NCBI GenBank assembly: GCA_965652295.1
Contig: CBFGTS010000013.1
Span: 1-64,000, forward strand
DNA: 64,000 nt
Source of the DNA: an uncultured Haloferula sp.
Lineage (GTDB): Bacteria; Verrucomicrobiota; Verrucomicrobiia; Verrucomicrobiales; Akkermansiaceae
Direction of reading: 5' to 3'
A model generated the notes under the pieces. The model worked only from the letters and a program-made list of their open reading frames with translations, had not been told where the DNA came from and did no database searches. Positions 17,680-27,933 of this stretch are shown piece after piece. Position 1 is the first letter of the stretch; every line of letters begins with the position of its first letter. The position numbers were made by a program, and so were the translations under genes.

Positions 17680-18231
17680 TCAGATCCCGGCACTCCTCGC
17701 CAGCCCTCTCCTCTCCCTAATTTGCAGGATGATCAGAATGAAAAATGACAGCATCATCAGACCGAAGGAGAGGATCAGCCCTTCAAGCAGGGTGGTGAGA
17801 AATGCCTCTTGGGGCCTCATTCGCTCAGAGCCCATCTCCTGAAAAAAGGGAACTCCCATCAATCCAAAGGCCGACTGCAACAGACTTACCGCCAACATTC
17901 CCGCCCAGAAGTCAGGGAGCACAAAGAACGCCCCCGGAATCAAACCCACCACGACGCTCGCCCCACTCAACCACATCCGAATCTTCGTCCCCAATGCCAA
18001 CGCCCGCGATGTGAGGCTGCTTTGATCGGGAAACAGGGCGGGCATCGAAGTGACCACCGAATAGCCGATCACGAAGCAAAAAACCGCCAGTAGCATCGCC
18101 ATGATTGCCGCCGGTGATTGCCAGAGGTCCAACAGGATCAATGCGATCCCGAAACTCGGCAGCGTATTGATCGCACAATGCTTCGCCCAGTATCGGATTT
18201 GTCCCGGCCATCTCTGCAGATCAATCATCAT
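17680..18231 (-). CDS. Hypothetical membrane protein
   Basis: Several hydrophobic segments; start uncertain. Confidence 0.65.
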   Translation of the reverse strand: MMIDLQRWPGQIRYWAKHCAINTLPSFGIALILLDLWQSPAAIMAMLLAVFCFVIGYSVVTSMPALFPDQSSLTSRALALGTKIRMWLSGASVVVGLIPGAFFVLPDFWAGMLAVSLLQSAFGLMGVPFFQEMGSERMRPQEAFLTTLLEGLILSFGLMMLSFFILIILQIRERRGLARSAGI

Positions 18232-18379
18232 CACGGCCGACAACAACCCTCCGCGATGAAGCTCGAATGAAGCCAGCACGAAATTCCACTCCATCAAACA
18301 CCACCCAATTCCGTCCATCCTGCCCCTCCTTCCCTGAGGGCTCGATACACCCTCCCCTGAATGGGCATCCATGAGCACG

Positions 18380-18410
18380 AAAAAAGCGGACCGGTCTCCC
18401 GATCCGCTTT
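18380..18410 (-). terminator. Intrinsic terminator after the aminotransferase gene
   Basis: AAAAAAGCGGA...TCCGCTTT hairpin with a U run on the - strand. Confidence 0.65.
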
Positions 18411-18429
18411 CTTGGTGGAATCTATCGAC

Positions 18430-19596
18430 TCAATGCTCGCGGCAGAACTGCTCGAAGCGCGTCAGGCCCTCGTTGAGGACGTCGAGCGTGGTGCAGTAGC
18501 TCAGGCGGATGCCGTCGTCGTAGCCGAAGGCGATGCCCGGGACCGCGGCGACCTTGTAACGCGAGATCAGCTTGTCACAGAGGTTCTGCGACTTGATCCC
18601 GAGCTGGCCGGTGTAGACGAAGAAGTAGAACGCACCTTCAGGCTCGATCACGCGGACGTTGTGAATGTTCTTCAGCCGCTGGAAGACGAACTGACGGCGG
18701 ACATCGTACTCGGCGCGCAGGTCATCGAGGAAAGCCTGATCACCCTGGAGCGCGGCAACGCCGGCATACTGGGCGAACGAGGTGGCGTTGGAGACCGTGT
18801 GGTTCTGGATCTTGTCGATCGCCTCGGCGATCGGAGCCGGGGCGGCGGTGTAGCCGAGACGCCAGCCGGTCATCGAATAGGCCTTCGAGAAGCCATTCAC
18901 GGTCACCGTCAGGTTGTAGAGATCCTCACTGAGGGAAGCGATCGAGATGTGCTTCGCCTCACCATAGACGAGTTTTTCGTAGATCTCGTCGGAGAGGATC
19001 ACGATGTCCTCGGAAAGCGCCACTTCACCGATGGCTTCGAGTTCGTCCTTGGTATAGACCGCGCCGGTGGGATTCGAAGGTGAGTTGAGAATCACCATCT
19101 TGGTCGCCGGAGTCATGGCTGCCTCGAACTGCTCGGCGGTCAGCTTCCAGCCGTCGGATTCCTTGGTTTCCACGATGACCGGCTTGCCGCCAGCCAGACG
19201 CACCATTTCCGGATAGGAAACCCAGTAGGGCGAGGGAATGATGACCTCGTCACCTTCTTCGACGATCGCGAGGATGGCGTTGAAGCAAGCCATCTTGGCA
19301 CCCGCGGTCACGCAGATCTGCTTGGCTTCGTAGTCGAGACCGTTCTCGTCGGCCAGCTTGGTGACGAGCGCCTCGCGGAGTTCCGGGATGCCACCGGAGG
19401 GCGTGTATTTGGTGCGGCCTTCCTGCAGCGCGACCATGGCGGCCGCCTTGATGTGATCGGGAGTGTCGATCTCCGGCTCGCCACCGGCGAGACCGTAGAC
19501 TTCTTCGCCACGGGCGGCCATGGCCTTGGCTTGATTCGTCACCGCCAGGGTGAGCGAGGGGTTCACCTGGAGAATACGGGATGAGATGGAGTCCAT
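18430..19596 (-). CDS. aspC: PLP-dependent aspartate aminotransferase (class I/II)
   Basis: GEPE, PYWVSY, NSPSNPTG, SDEIY, GFSKAYSMTGWRLGY. Confidence 0.88.
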   Translation of the reverse strand: MDSISSRILQVNPSLTLAVTNQAKAMAARGEEVYGLAGGEPEIDTPDHIKAAAMVALQEGRTKYTPSGGIPELREALVTKLADENGLDYEAKQICVTAGAKMACFNAILAIVEEGDEVIIPSPYWVSYPEMVRLAGGKPVIVETKESDGWKLTAEQFEAAMTPATKMVILNSPSNPTGAVYTKDELEAIGEVALSEDIVILSDEIYEKLVYGEAKHISIASLSEDLYNLTVTVNGFSKAYSMTGWRLGYTAAPAPIAEAIDKIQNHTVSNATSFAQYAGVAALQGDQAFLDDLRAEYDVRRQFVFQRLKNIHNVRVIEPEGAFYFFVYTGQLGIKSQNLCDKLISRYKVAAVPGIAFGYDDGIRLSYCTTLDVLNEGLTRFEQFCREH

Positions 19597-19732
19597 AAAA
19601 AGCGCGCGGATGGATTTGAATCGCCGCCCGGCGGGCGACATCGCGTGCTTTTGTCACCCCTCCCGGCGGAACGGGGCGGCTTTTCTGACCGTCCCCCGCG
19701 CCCGGCGCAAGTGAAATGCTCTCAATGAGGTG

Positions 19733-20581
19733 TCAGCCTTCCAAATCGTGCATCCAGCCACCCTTGGCGGTCACCCACTTGCCCTTCTTCACCACCTTCG
19801 GAAACCCGAGCCCATGCTTGGCCGCCGCCTCGAACACGTCCCACGCCTGCGCCGCCAGGATGCCGGAAAGCACCAGATCACCGCGCGGGGCCAGGGTCTT
19901 CGCGATCACCGGAAATGCCTCGATCAACACCTTCGAAAAGATGTTCGCCAGCACCACGTCGTAGGTCCTGCCCGGCGTCCATTTCAGGATGTCCACTTCG
20001 GCCGCCTCAATTCCCGCGGTCTCGTTGCGACGGGCATTCCGTTCCGTCACCTGCACTGCGAAGGGGTCATAATCACAGGCAAAGGTCTCACCCGCGCCCA
20101 GCTTCTTCGCCACGATCGCCAACACGCCCGTGCCGCAGCCCAGATCCGCGCAAGTCCATCCCGGGGGCCGTTTTTCCGCGATGTCCACGAGGAAGCGCAG
20201 GCAGGTCGAAGTCGTCGCGTGATCGCCCGTGCCAAAGGCCATCTCCGGCGGAATCGAGATCACCTCGCGGCCCTCGAAGGTTTCCCGCATCGCCGCTAGA
20301 TCCTCCGGCCGGTCTTGCTGCGTGACCACGAAACGATCGCGGATCTTCAACGGCGCGGGGATCGCGTACGGCTTCTGCCAATCGGCGTTCTTCAGTTCAC
20401 GGACCCGTCCGCCGAAACGCTCGCGGATGGCCTCGGCGTCCTTTTCAGATTCGCAGAAAACCTCCACCCGCAGGGATTTGCCGCCCTTCAGGACATGCAC
20501 CACCAGGTTCGGATTGCCGTGGAAGCGCTCTTCCCAAGCATCCATCCATTGCACTCCCGAGAGCTTTTCCCAAACCCACAT
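19733..20581 (-). CDS. prmA: 50S ribosomal protein L11 methyltransferase
   Basis: MAFGTGDHATT, DLGCGTGVLAI, LANI, LSGIL. Confidence 0.9.
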   Translation of the reverse strand: MWVWEKLSGVQWMDAWEERFHGNPNLVVHVLKGGKSLRVEVFCESEKDAEAIRERFGGRVRELKNADWQKPYAIPAPLKIRDRFVVTQQDRPEDLAAMRETFEGREVISIPPEMAFGTGDHATTSTCLRFLVDIAEKRPPGWTCADLGCGTGVLAIVAKKLGAGETFACDYDPFAVQVTERNARRNETAGIEAAEVDILKWTPGRTYDVVLANIFSKVLIEAFPVIAKTLAPRGDLVLSGILAAQAWDVFEAAAKHGLGFPKVVKKGKWVTAKGGWMHDLEG

Positions 20582-20640
20582 CACGTCCCTGTTAGTCAAA
20601 ACGCTCATCAAATCCAAGATCGTTTGCCCCGTACGACGGG

Positions 20641-20680
20641 AAAAAGCGAGGGGCCGCCAGCTTCAAACTGACGGCCCCTC
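20641..20680 (-). terminator. Terminator downstream of tRNA-Gly
   Basis: GAGGGGCCG...CGGCCCCTC stem followed by TTTTT on the - strand. Confidence 0.65.
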
Positions 20681-20682
20681 AT

Positions 20683-20757
20683 TGGAGCGGGTGATGAGAT
20701 TCGAACTCACGACATCAACCTTGGCAAGGTTGCGCTCTACCCCTGAGCTACACCCGC
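20683..20757 (-). tRNA. tRNA-Gly (GCC)
   Basis: Reverse complement GCGGGTGTAGCTCAGGGGTAGAGCGCAACCTTGCCAAGGTTGATGTCGTGAGTTCGAATCTCATCACCCGCTCCA forms a cloverleaf with anticodon GCC and encoded CCA. Confidence 0.97.
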
Positions 20758-20931
20758 GTTGCGTTGCGGCGAACGCGTGCGCGGTTTCTACATGCCAGCC
20801 GCGCCCGGGCAAGAGATTTTTGAAAAGATTTTCCACCCGGGATCGAAGCCGCAGGGAGTCCTCGCAGGATGGACGGGATATGGAGGACGAACGGGATGAA
20901 GTCCGAGGTTTTCCAGTGGAAGTCGCCGCAA

Positions 20932-22179
20932 CTACGGGCCGGGCGACTCCGATTTCATGTAGTCCAGCCGCTCCGCCGCCCGCTCGCGCAGGTCGGCATC
21001 ACCGATCATTCCCAGCATTTGCTCCGCCTCCGACGGGTCACGGGTGGCGATCGAGGGAAGCAGCCCCGCCAGCATGGCGTCCCGCTGCGGTGAGGGTGCC
21101 TCGCCCTCGAACCAGCCACGCGCGGTGTCCGGATATTTCTGATGCCACGATGACATCGCGTGGCGAAGGGCGCTCGGCACTTCATGCGAGTCGGCATGCC
21201 GCCCCATCCACCACTCCAGCGCAGGACCATCGTATTCGCGGTAGATCGCCGCGCCCACCGCCTTTGCTTCCAGAGCGGCGCGTTTCTCTGCGGGAAAATT
21301 GGCACTCTCCAGGTAATCCTTCAGTTCGTAGAGATAGGTCAGCATCCCCATCGCATCGTCCTGCGACCAATGCCTCAGCATTTCGTTATTCAGGGTCGCA
21401 TGATCCTCCGGGGCACCCGTCGTCTTGACGAACTCCACCAATCGCTCCCGCAAGCCCGGATCCATCAGAGCCGAATAGGCCCAGTTCGTCAGCACGCTCT
21501 GCCGCGTCCTCAGCCAAGCCTCACCTCCCCGGTGATCATCACTCGGAAGCTTCAGAAGTTCGCTTGTCGCCAAGTCAAAATCCCTCTCCAGAATCGCACG
21601 CAGAGCACGAGCCCGCATTTGATCGCGGCTATTCTCCATCTCCAGCGGACAATTCTCCGAATCCAGCCATTCGAGCGCCCTGGTTGGTTCCTCCATCGCC
21701 CACTCGGCGAACACACTCGCCGCCCGGCCCGGCACATCCGACGTCGCCGCGAAAGCCGCCGCCGGATCGCGCCTCACCCACTCAAGCAGGACCAGGTTCA
21801 GCAACGGATCCCACGGCTCCGCGATGCGGACTTTCAGCTCGCGGAAAAGGTCCTTCAACTCTGCCGGCTCCAAGCCCTCCAGAATCGCTTGGGCGCGCAT
21901 CCTCCTGTCCCAATCGGGACCATAGCCGCCGCTCCCTCCCAGCAGCTCTTCAAGTTCGTCCGCCACCTCCGTCATCGACAACTCGGCTTTTCCGCCCGTC
22001 GTGACCCGAGGACGGGGCGGCACGAGGAAATGGTCCTCGTTGGCATTAATGCTCGTGATCGAACCTTGCAGCCAACCCGCACGAGCCGCGCGTTTGCCCG
22101 TTTCGTTTCCCAGCCATGCCAAGCCGACGAACGTCACTGCGAGCAAACTTCCCACGATGATCGATTTAGCGTGATTCAT
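20932..22179 (-). CDS. Hypothetical N-terminally anchored helical-repeat protein (W-x-x-x-DP-x-x-A repeats)
   Basis: N-terminal TM; EWVRRDPAAAF, EWAMEEPTRALEW, WHQKYPDTARGW. Confidence 0.7.
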   Translation of the reverse strand: MNHAKSIIVGSLLAVTFVGLAWLGNETGKRAARAGWLQGSITSINANEDHFLVPPRPRVTTGGKAELSMTEVADELEELLGGSGGYGPDWDRRMRAQAILEGLEPAELKDLFRELKVRIAEPWDPLLNLVLLEWVRRDPAAAFAATSDVPGRAASVFAEWAMEEPTRALEWLDSENCPLEMENSRDQMRARALRAILERDFDLATSELLKLPSDDHRGGEAWLRTRQSVLTNWAYSALMDPGLRERLVEFVKTTGAPEDHATLNNEMLRHWSQDDAMGMLTYLYELKDYLESANFPAEKRAALEAKAVGAAIYREYDGPALEWWMGRHADSHEVPSALRHAMSSWHQKYPDTARGWFEGEAPSPQRDAMLAGLLPSIATRDPSEAEQMLGMIGDADLRERAAERLDYMKSESPGP

Positions 22180-23404
22180 GATCCGAGGTGGAGGTTTGGA
22201 GAAAGGTCGCCATGTCGGACGGAAGCGTGTTCAGCCATTCCCCGACTGCCTGTGGATCCTTGCGCTGCCAAGCGGCGAAATGTTTCAACAGCGAGGTTTG
22301 CTCGGGAAAAGCATGGTCAGGATCAGGCATCCAGCCTCCCCTCAGGAAGCGGTCCGTCTGGCTGCGTGCCAGGCCGGAAATCAGTTCACCATCTCCGCGC
22401 GACTCCGCCCAAGCGATCGCGGCATCCGGCCATTCCATCGCCGAAGAGCGGTAGTAAGCCGCCTTTTCCTCAGCCGATCCGTTCGCCGCCACCTCGTCGA
22501 GCGGTTCCGCCTCAAAGGAGAGGTCGCCCCTCTGCCCCTCGATGTATTTTCGATACCGCGCCCAGGAATCCCGGAAATACGCGATCTTCCCCTCATCCGC
22601 GCCCACCGCTGCCAACTCGGAGGCCAGGTTTTCGACCTCGCCGGCATCCAAGCCCGGGCTTCGCGACAGGTGCGCCAGCCAAGCCCCCCGGCCGTCCAGT
22701 AGATCCTCATCGTCAGCCAAGGCAGTAAGGAACGCCTTTCTCGCCGATTCGTCCTTCCCAGAGCGGTTGGCGAGTTCTGAAAGAACGGCGGGAACGGCTT
22801 CGGGAAACTCCGCCCGAGCTTTCGCCAGCGCGCTGCCAGCATTGATCCGGCACCACTCCCTCGCGGAGAGGGTTCCAACCGTGCGTTTGATGCGTGAGTC
22901 CTCAGCAAGCGAAGCCCAACGCCGCATCGCATCGGGATCGGTGTCTGCCCAAGCTGCGAGAACGCAGTCTTGCAACCGATAGCTGAACTCCTGATCACCT
23001 TCCGTAAGCCGTTCCATCGCGAGATCCGGCACCAGCTCACCCCAGCGGTAGCACAGCATCTGCGCCAACAGGTCATTCACCGGACGTTCCTGATTCGCCG
23101 TGAGCAGATCCTCCAGCAACTCTTTCACCTCTCTCTCCGACAGGACACGCACGATGTTCCACAAGGCTGCGGTTTCCCGCGCACTCAGCCGCTTCCCCCC
23201 AATCGCCTGCCGCAACTCCTCCAGTTCCTCACGACCCTCCCGTTCGTGCGCAGGGGTCGTCATCCGCCGCACCACCTCCCGCACCGGGTTTCGCGGCTTC
23301 CCCGCTCCATCCATCACGCGCCGTTCCCCGTGGTAACCCCACCAGAACGCAAGGCAGGGCACCGCCACGCCTGCCAACACGATCCATCGCTTCTTTTTCC
23401 CCAT
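22166..23404 (-). CDS. Hypothetical N-terminally anchored helical-repeat protein (paralog-like)
   Basis: N-terminal TM; RWGELVPDLAM, AWADTDPDAMRRW, AWQRKDPQAVGEWL. Confidence 0.7.
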   Translation of the reverse strand: MGKKKRWIVLAGVAVPCLAFWWGYHGERRVMDGAGKPRNPVREVVRRMTTPAHEREGREELEELRQAIGGKRLSARETAALWNIVRVLSEREVKELLEDLLTANQERPVNDLLAQMLCYRWGELVPDLAMERLTEGDQEFSYRLQDCVLAAWADTDPDAMRRWASLAEDSRIKRTVGTLSAREWCRINAGSALAKARAEFPEAVPAVLSELANRSGKDESARKAFLTALADDEDLLDGRGAWLAHLSRSPGLDAGEVENLASELAAVGADEGKIAYFRDSWARYRKYIEGQRGDLSFEAEPLDEVAANGSAEEKAAYYRSSAMEWPDAAIAWAESRGDGELISGLARSQTDRFLRGGWMPDPDHAFPEQTSLLKHFAAWQRKDPQAVGEWLNTLPSDMATFLQTSTSDHESR

Positions 23405-23452
23405 CTCGACTTGGCTATCAAATCGAGAAACCCGCCGCCAAGCCATCTTCTC

Positions 23453-23482
23453 ACTTGAAACTTCGAACTTGAAACTCGGAAC
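23453..23482 (+). repeat. Heptamer tandem repeat (ACTTGAA-like x4) upstream of trpC
   Basis: ACTTGAA ACTTCGA ACTTGAA ACTCGGA. Confidence 0.6.
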
Positions 23483-23489
23483 TCCCCCC

Positions 23490-24287
23490 GTGTCCGACAA
23501 GCTCGCCGAAATCATCGCCACCAAGCGCCAGGAAGTCGAAGCCCTCCTGCCCCGTGCCGGTCACCTCCGCGCCGCCGCCCTGCAGCGCAACGATTTCCGT
23601 GGCTTCCGCGCCGCGCTCGACCGCGGCCCGGACCAGCTCGGAGTGATCGCCGAAGTGAAGAAGGCGTCCCCATCCGCCGGGATCATCGATCCCAACTTCG
23701 ATCCCATTCGCCAGGCCAGCATGTATCTCGACGGCGGCGCGTCCTGCCTCTCGATCCTTACCGACGAGAAATACTTCCAGGGATCGCTCAGCTACCTCAC
23801 CAAGATTTCCGAATTCTCCGAAGCCCCCCTGCTGCGCAAGGACTTCACCATCCACCCCCTCCAGATCCACGAAGCCGTCGTTTCCGGAGCCGACGCCATC
23901 CTGCTCATCGTCGCCGCGCTCGACGACGACAACCTCAAGCGCCTCTATCACGAGGCGAAAGACTTCCAGCTCGATGTCCTGGTCGAAGTCCACGACCTCC
24001 CGGAAATGGAGCGTGCTCTTGAACTCGGTGCCGACCTGATCGGCATCAACAACCGCAACCTCAAGACCTTCACCACCGACCTCGCCATCACCGAGCAGCT
24101 GGCCGACGAAGTTCCTGCGGAAACCCTGCTCGTCTCCGAGTCCGGCCTCAAAACCCTTGAAGACGCCCAACGCGTCCTCGACGCCGGTGCCAACGCCGTC
24201 CTCATCGGCGAGTCCCTCATGCGCGCCCACAACCCCGCCGACGCCATCCGCGCCTACCTCGCGCTGGAGTCCGTGGCACAGGATTGA
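23490..24287 (+). CDS. trpC: Indole-3-glycerol phosphate synthase
   Basis: IAEVKKASPSAG, LSILTD..YFQGS, LRKDF, GINNRNL, VSESG, LIGE. Confidence 0.95.
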   Translation: MSDKLAEIIATKRQEVEALLPRAGHLRAAALQRNDFRGFRAALDRGPDQLGVIAEVKKASPSAGIIDPNFDPIRQASMYLDGGASCLSILTDEKYFQGSLSYLTKISEFSEAPLLRKDFTIHPLQIHEAVVSGADAILLIVAALDDDNLKRLYHEAKDFQLDVLVEVHDLPEMERALELGADLIGINNRNLKTFTTDLAITEQLADEVPAETLLVSESGLKTLEDAQRVLDAGANAVLIGESLMRAHNPADAIRAYLALESVAQD

Positions 24288-24388
24288 CCACCTTCTTTAG
24301 AACGCGGTGATTCATCACCGCAGTCTAAATGCTCCACTCCCGGGACCGCCGTTTTCTCCGTCCCTCGGCGAGAACCCCGGTCGATGGC

Positions 24389-24751
24389 TCACATCGGAAA
24401 CTCGTTCAGCATTCTCGTCGCCTCGTCGAACTGCTGCGCGAAGGCGACGAACGTCCGGTACGCGACCCAGCAGAAGCCCACGATGCCCGACGTCAGGACG
24501 ACCTTCCAAACCCAATGCATCCGCGGGTGCATCCAGATCGACGGCAAGGCGAAGGGCGGCACGGTAATCAGCGTCAGCACGATGAACGAGGTCTTCAGAT
24601 ACCATGGCAGCGGATTTCCTCCCGCCCTCTGCGGCAGCCCGGGTGGCATCGAAGAAACCGGCCGCTTCGACTCATCGAGGAACTCGAAGCAGTGTTTGCA
24701 CTTGATCGCCTCATCCTGGATCTCTTCCGCACAATAGGGACACTTCTTCAT
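24389..24751 (-). CDS. Zinc-ribbon domain membrane protein
   Basis: [20 protein letters not shown] plus two TM segments. Confidence 0.85.
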   Translation of the reverse strand: MKKCPYCAEEIQDEAIKCKHCFEFLDESKRPVSSMPPGLPQRAGGNPLPWYLKTSFIVLTLITVPPFALPSIWMHPRMHWVWKVVLTSGIVGFCWVAYRTFVAFAQQFDEATRMLNEFPM

Positions 24752-24872
24752 GGCGACGGCTTCGCGAAAACCCTGACGAGCCTCCTGTCGGATGACCAAG
24801 GAATTCTCAGACGCGAATACGGAACCGCCCCCGCTCCGGAGGCTTCATGACGAAAAAACCTGATTTTCTCCG

Positions 24873-24907
24873 TTGACTCGATCTCATTTATTGCGACTCA
24901 GTCGCAA
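24873..24907 (+). promoter_or_regulatory. Putative -35 element and a Fur-box-like perfect palindrome
   Basis: TTGACT at 24873; TTGCGACT-C-AGTCGCAA at 24891-24907, just before the siderophore receptor ATG. Confidence 0.65.
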
Positions 24908-24910
24908 CAG

Positions 24911-27136
24911 ATGAACGACACATCGTCTCCCACCGAGCCCTTCCGTTTTCCTCGCTTCCAGCGTGAATCCCTCGCCTTCACCGGCACGGTCGTTTCCCTA
25001 GGTTCTCTGGCCTATCCGGCGCTCGCCGAGGAAGCCCCCCGGGAAACCGCCGAGCAGAAGGAACTCGATCGTTTGGTCGTCGAGGCCGAGGACGATACGC
25101 TCTACAAGCCCGAGCGCCTCGCCTCGCCGAAATTCCAGCAACCCCTCGTCGACATTCCTCAAACCGTTGCGGTCATTCCCAAGGAAGTCATCCGCGAGCA
25201 GAACGCCACTTCGCTGCGCGACGTCCTGCGCAACACCCCGGGCATCAGCATTCAGGCCGGCGAAGGCGGCGTGCCGCCGGGTGACAACCTTTCCATCCGC
25301 GGCTTCAACGCCCAGAGCGACCTCTTCGTCGACGGCATCCGCGATTTCGGCGGCTACTCCCGCGATCCTTTCAATCTCGAACAGGTCGAAGTCGCCAAAG
25401 GCCCCGCATCCACCAACGCAGGCCGCGGTTCCACCGGCGGCTCGGTCAATCTCGTCAGCAAAAAGCCGCGCGACGAACGGTTCTACGACCTGATGCTCGG
25501 CGGCGGGACGGACCACTACTACCGCGGCACGTTCGACATGAACCAGACGCTGCCTGGCATCGATGGAGCCGCGTTCCGCCTGAATCTGATGTACCACAAT
25601 GCGGACGCCCCCGGCCGCGACATCGTCACCGAGGAACGCTGGGGCGTCGCGCCCTCCATCACCTTCGGCCTCGGCAGCGACACCCGCTTCACCGCCAGCT
25701 ACTTCTACCTCGGCTCCGAGGGTATCCCCGACTACGGCATCCCTTGGGTCGCCTCACCCAACACGGTGATTCCCTGGGCGGAAAACCAACCTGCTCCGGT
25801 GAGCTACAGCAACTTCTACGGCCTCGCCTCGCGCGACTACCTGAAGAACGACACCCACCTCTTCACCACCGAGCTGGAGCACGATTTCTCCGAATCGCTG
25901 CGCCTGCGGAACATCACCCGCTACGGCCGCACCAGCACCGACCTCAGCGTCACCGCTCCCCGCTTCACCGACATCGATCCCGGCACCCCGGGCAACCAGT
26001 ACGGCACGGTGATCCGCCGCACCGACTGGAAAAACCGCGATCAGGAGGACACCATCCTGGCCAACCAGACCGACCTCAACATCGACTTCGAGACCGGCAC
26101 GGTCCGTCACCAGCTTGTCACCGGCTTCGAGTTCTCCCACGAACGTTCGAAGAACTACAACCGCATTGACGCCAACCCGGCGGCCGCTCCGACCACCGAC
26201 CTTTACGCGCCGAACCCCTACGATCCCTACCAAGCGATCATCGTTCGCGACGGCACCTTCAGCAGCGCCGACGCCACCACCTTCAGCGCCTACCTGTTCG
26301 ATACCATCGAGTTCGGCGAACACTGGCAGTTCGATGGCGGCGTGCGCTACGACCACCACGACGCCAGCTACCGCGATGCCACGGTGGCCGAGCTGCAGAA
26401 GACCAGCACCGGCTTCAGCTACCGCGGCGCGGTGACCTGGAAGCCCTGTGAGGAAGGCAGCGTCTATCTCGGCTACGGCACCTCGTTCGATCCCTCGTCA
26501 AGCAGCCCGTCCCAGCGCGTCCGCGGCAACGCCGCCGGCATCAGCTCCTTCCTCACCGATCCCGAGGAAAGTGAAACGGTCGAACTCGGCACCAAGTGGA
26601 ACCTCTTCGGCGACCGCTTGCTGGCCTCCGCCTCGGTGTTCCGCACCGACAAGACCAACGCCCGCACCACCGACCCCGTTACGGGAAACACCGTACTCAC
26701 CGGCGACCAGCGGGTCCAGGGGCTTGAACTCGGTGCCAGCGGATCGGTCACCGACTGGTGGCGGCTCATCGGCGGCTACGTCTACCTCGATAGCGAAGTC
26801 CGCTCCTCCGGCAACCCGGCGGAAATCGGCAACGAACTCAGCAACACGCCCGAGCACTCGTTCAGCCTGTGGAACGTCTTCACCTTCGGCGATTTCCAGA
26901 CCGGCATCGGCACCTACTTCGTGGACAGCCGCTACAGCAACAACTCGAACTCCCGCCAAGCTCCGTCCTACTGGCTCGTCGATGCCATGTTCGGCTGGCA
27001 GGCCACGGAAAACGTTTCGTTGCAGCTCAACCTGAACAACCTCTTCGACGAGGATTACATCGACCGCGTCGGCGGCGGTCACGCCATCCCCGGTGCCGGC
27101 CGTTCCGCCGTCCTCAGCACCCGCTTCACCTTCTGA
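24911..27136 (+). CDS. TonB-dependent siderophore receptor (Fiu/PiuA-like)
   Basis: DIPQTVAVI, LRNTPGI, SIRGF, DGIRD, EVAKGPAS, GGSVNLVSK, C-terminal F; linked to a PiuC-type dioxygenase. Confidence 0.92.
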   Translation: MNDTSSPTEPFRFPRFQRESLAFTGTVVSLGSLAYPALAEEAPRETAEQKELDRLVVEAEDDTLYKPERLASPKFQQPLVDIPQTVAVIPKEVIREQNATSLRDVLRNTPGISIQAGEGGVPPGDNLSIRGFNAQSDLFVDGIRDFGGYSRDPFNLEQVEVAKGPASTNAGRGSTGGSVNLVSKKPRDERFYDLMLGGGTDHYYRGTFDMNQTLPGIDGAAFRLNLMYHNADAPGRDIVTEERWGVAPSITFGLGSDTRFTASYFYLGSEGIPDYGIPWVASPNTVIPWAENQPAPVSYSNFYGLASRDYLKNDTHLFTTELEHDFSESLRLRNITRYGRTSTDLSVTAPRFTDIDPGTPGNQYGTVIRRTDWKNRDQEDTILANQTDLNIDFETGTVRHQLVTGFEFSHERSKNYNRIDANPAAAPTTDLYAPNPYDPYQAIIVRDGTFSSADATTFSAYLFDTIEFGEHWQFDGGVRYDHHDASYRDATVAELQKTSTGFSYRGAVTWKPCEEGSVYLGYGTSFDPSSSSPSQRVRGNAAGISSFLTDPEESETVELGTKWNLFGDRLLASASVFRTDKTNARTTDPVTGNTVLTGDQRVQGLELGASGSVTDWWRLIGGYVYLDSEVRSSGNPAEIGNELSNTPEHSFSLWNVFTFGDFQTGIGTYFVDSRYSNNSNSRQAPSYWLVDAMFGWQATENVSLQLNLNNLFDEDYIDRVGGGHAIPGAGRSAVLSTRFTF

Positions 27137-27142
27137 GCCGCC

Positions 27143-27835
27143 ATGCTGCTGACCATCCCCAACGTCCTTACGCCCGAGCAAGTCAAGGAAGCCCGCTCTA
27201 TCCTCGACTCCACGGAGTGGGTCGAGGGAAAGGTCACCGCCGGCTCCCAGGCCCTGAGGGCCAAGGACAACATGCAGCTTCCGCAGGACAATCCCGCCGC
27301 CCGCAAGGTCGGCGGGATGATCCTCGACGCGCTCGGCAGGAACCCGCTGTTCCTCTCCGCCGCTCTGCCGAAAACGGTCATGCCGCCGATGTTCAACCGC
27401 TACTCCGGTGGCCAACAGTTCGGCACCCACGTGGACAACGCCATCCGGCAGATCCACGGCCAGACCACCCAGATCCGCACCGACATTTCCACCACGCTCT
27501 TCTTTTCCGAGCCCGAGGAATACGATGGCGGCGAACTCTGCGTAGAGGACACCTACGGCGTGCAAAAGGTGAAGCTGCCCGCAGGGCACATGGTGCTCTA
27601 TCCTTCCACGAGCCTCCACCACGTCACCCCCGTGACGCGCGGGGCGCGGGTTTGCTCGTTCTTCTGGACGCAGAGCATGATCCGCTCCGACGAGCAACGC
27701 ACGCTGCTCTTCGACCTTGATCTCGCCATCCAGCGCATCAGCGGCGACCTCGCCGGCCACCAGGCCGCCGAGCAAAGCGCCGTGCAGCTCACCGGCGTCT
27801 ATCACAATCTCCTCCGCCAGTGGGCGGAACTCTGA
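27143..27835 (+). CDS. piuC: Fe(II)/2-oxoglutarate-dependent dioxygenase, PKHD-type (PiuC/YbiX)
   Basis: [43 protein letters not shown]. Confidence 0.93.
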   Translation: MLLTIPNVLTPEQVKEARSILDSTEWVEGKVTAGSQALRAKDNMQLPQDNPAARKVGGMILDALGRNPLFLSAALPKTVMPPMFNRYSGGQQFGTHVDNAIRQIHGQTTQIRTDISTTLFFSEPEEYDGGELCVEDTYGVQKVKLPAGHMVLYPSTSLHHVTPVTRGARVCSFFWTQSMIRSDEQRTLLFDLDLAIQRISGDLAGHQAAEQSAVQLTGVYHNLLRQWAEL

Positions 27836-27865
27836 TCTTTGGTTGCTGCCCGGAAACGGGATTCG

Positions 27866-27897
27866 AGAGGCGGGCGGAGGCATCCGCCCGCCTCTTT
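27866..27897 (+). terminator. Hairpin terminator between the convergent piuC and TPR genes
   Basis: AGAGGCGGGCGGA-GGCA-TCCGCCCGCCTCT-TT. Confidence 0.65.
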
Positions 27898-27933
27898 GAT
27901 TGACGTGGCGGCGGATTGCACCCGCCATGCCGA

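Noticed and set aside
20683..23404. tRNA-anchored genomic island or prophage
   Set aside because: No integrase, no duplicated tRNA 3' end, and the hypothetical genes lie on the 5' side of the tRNA
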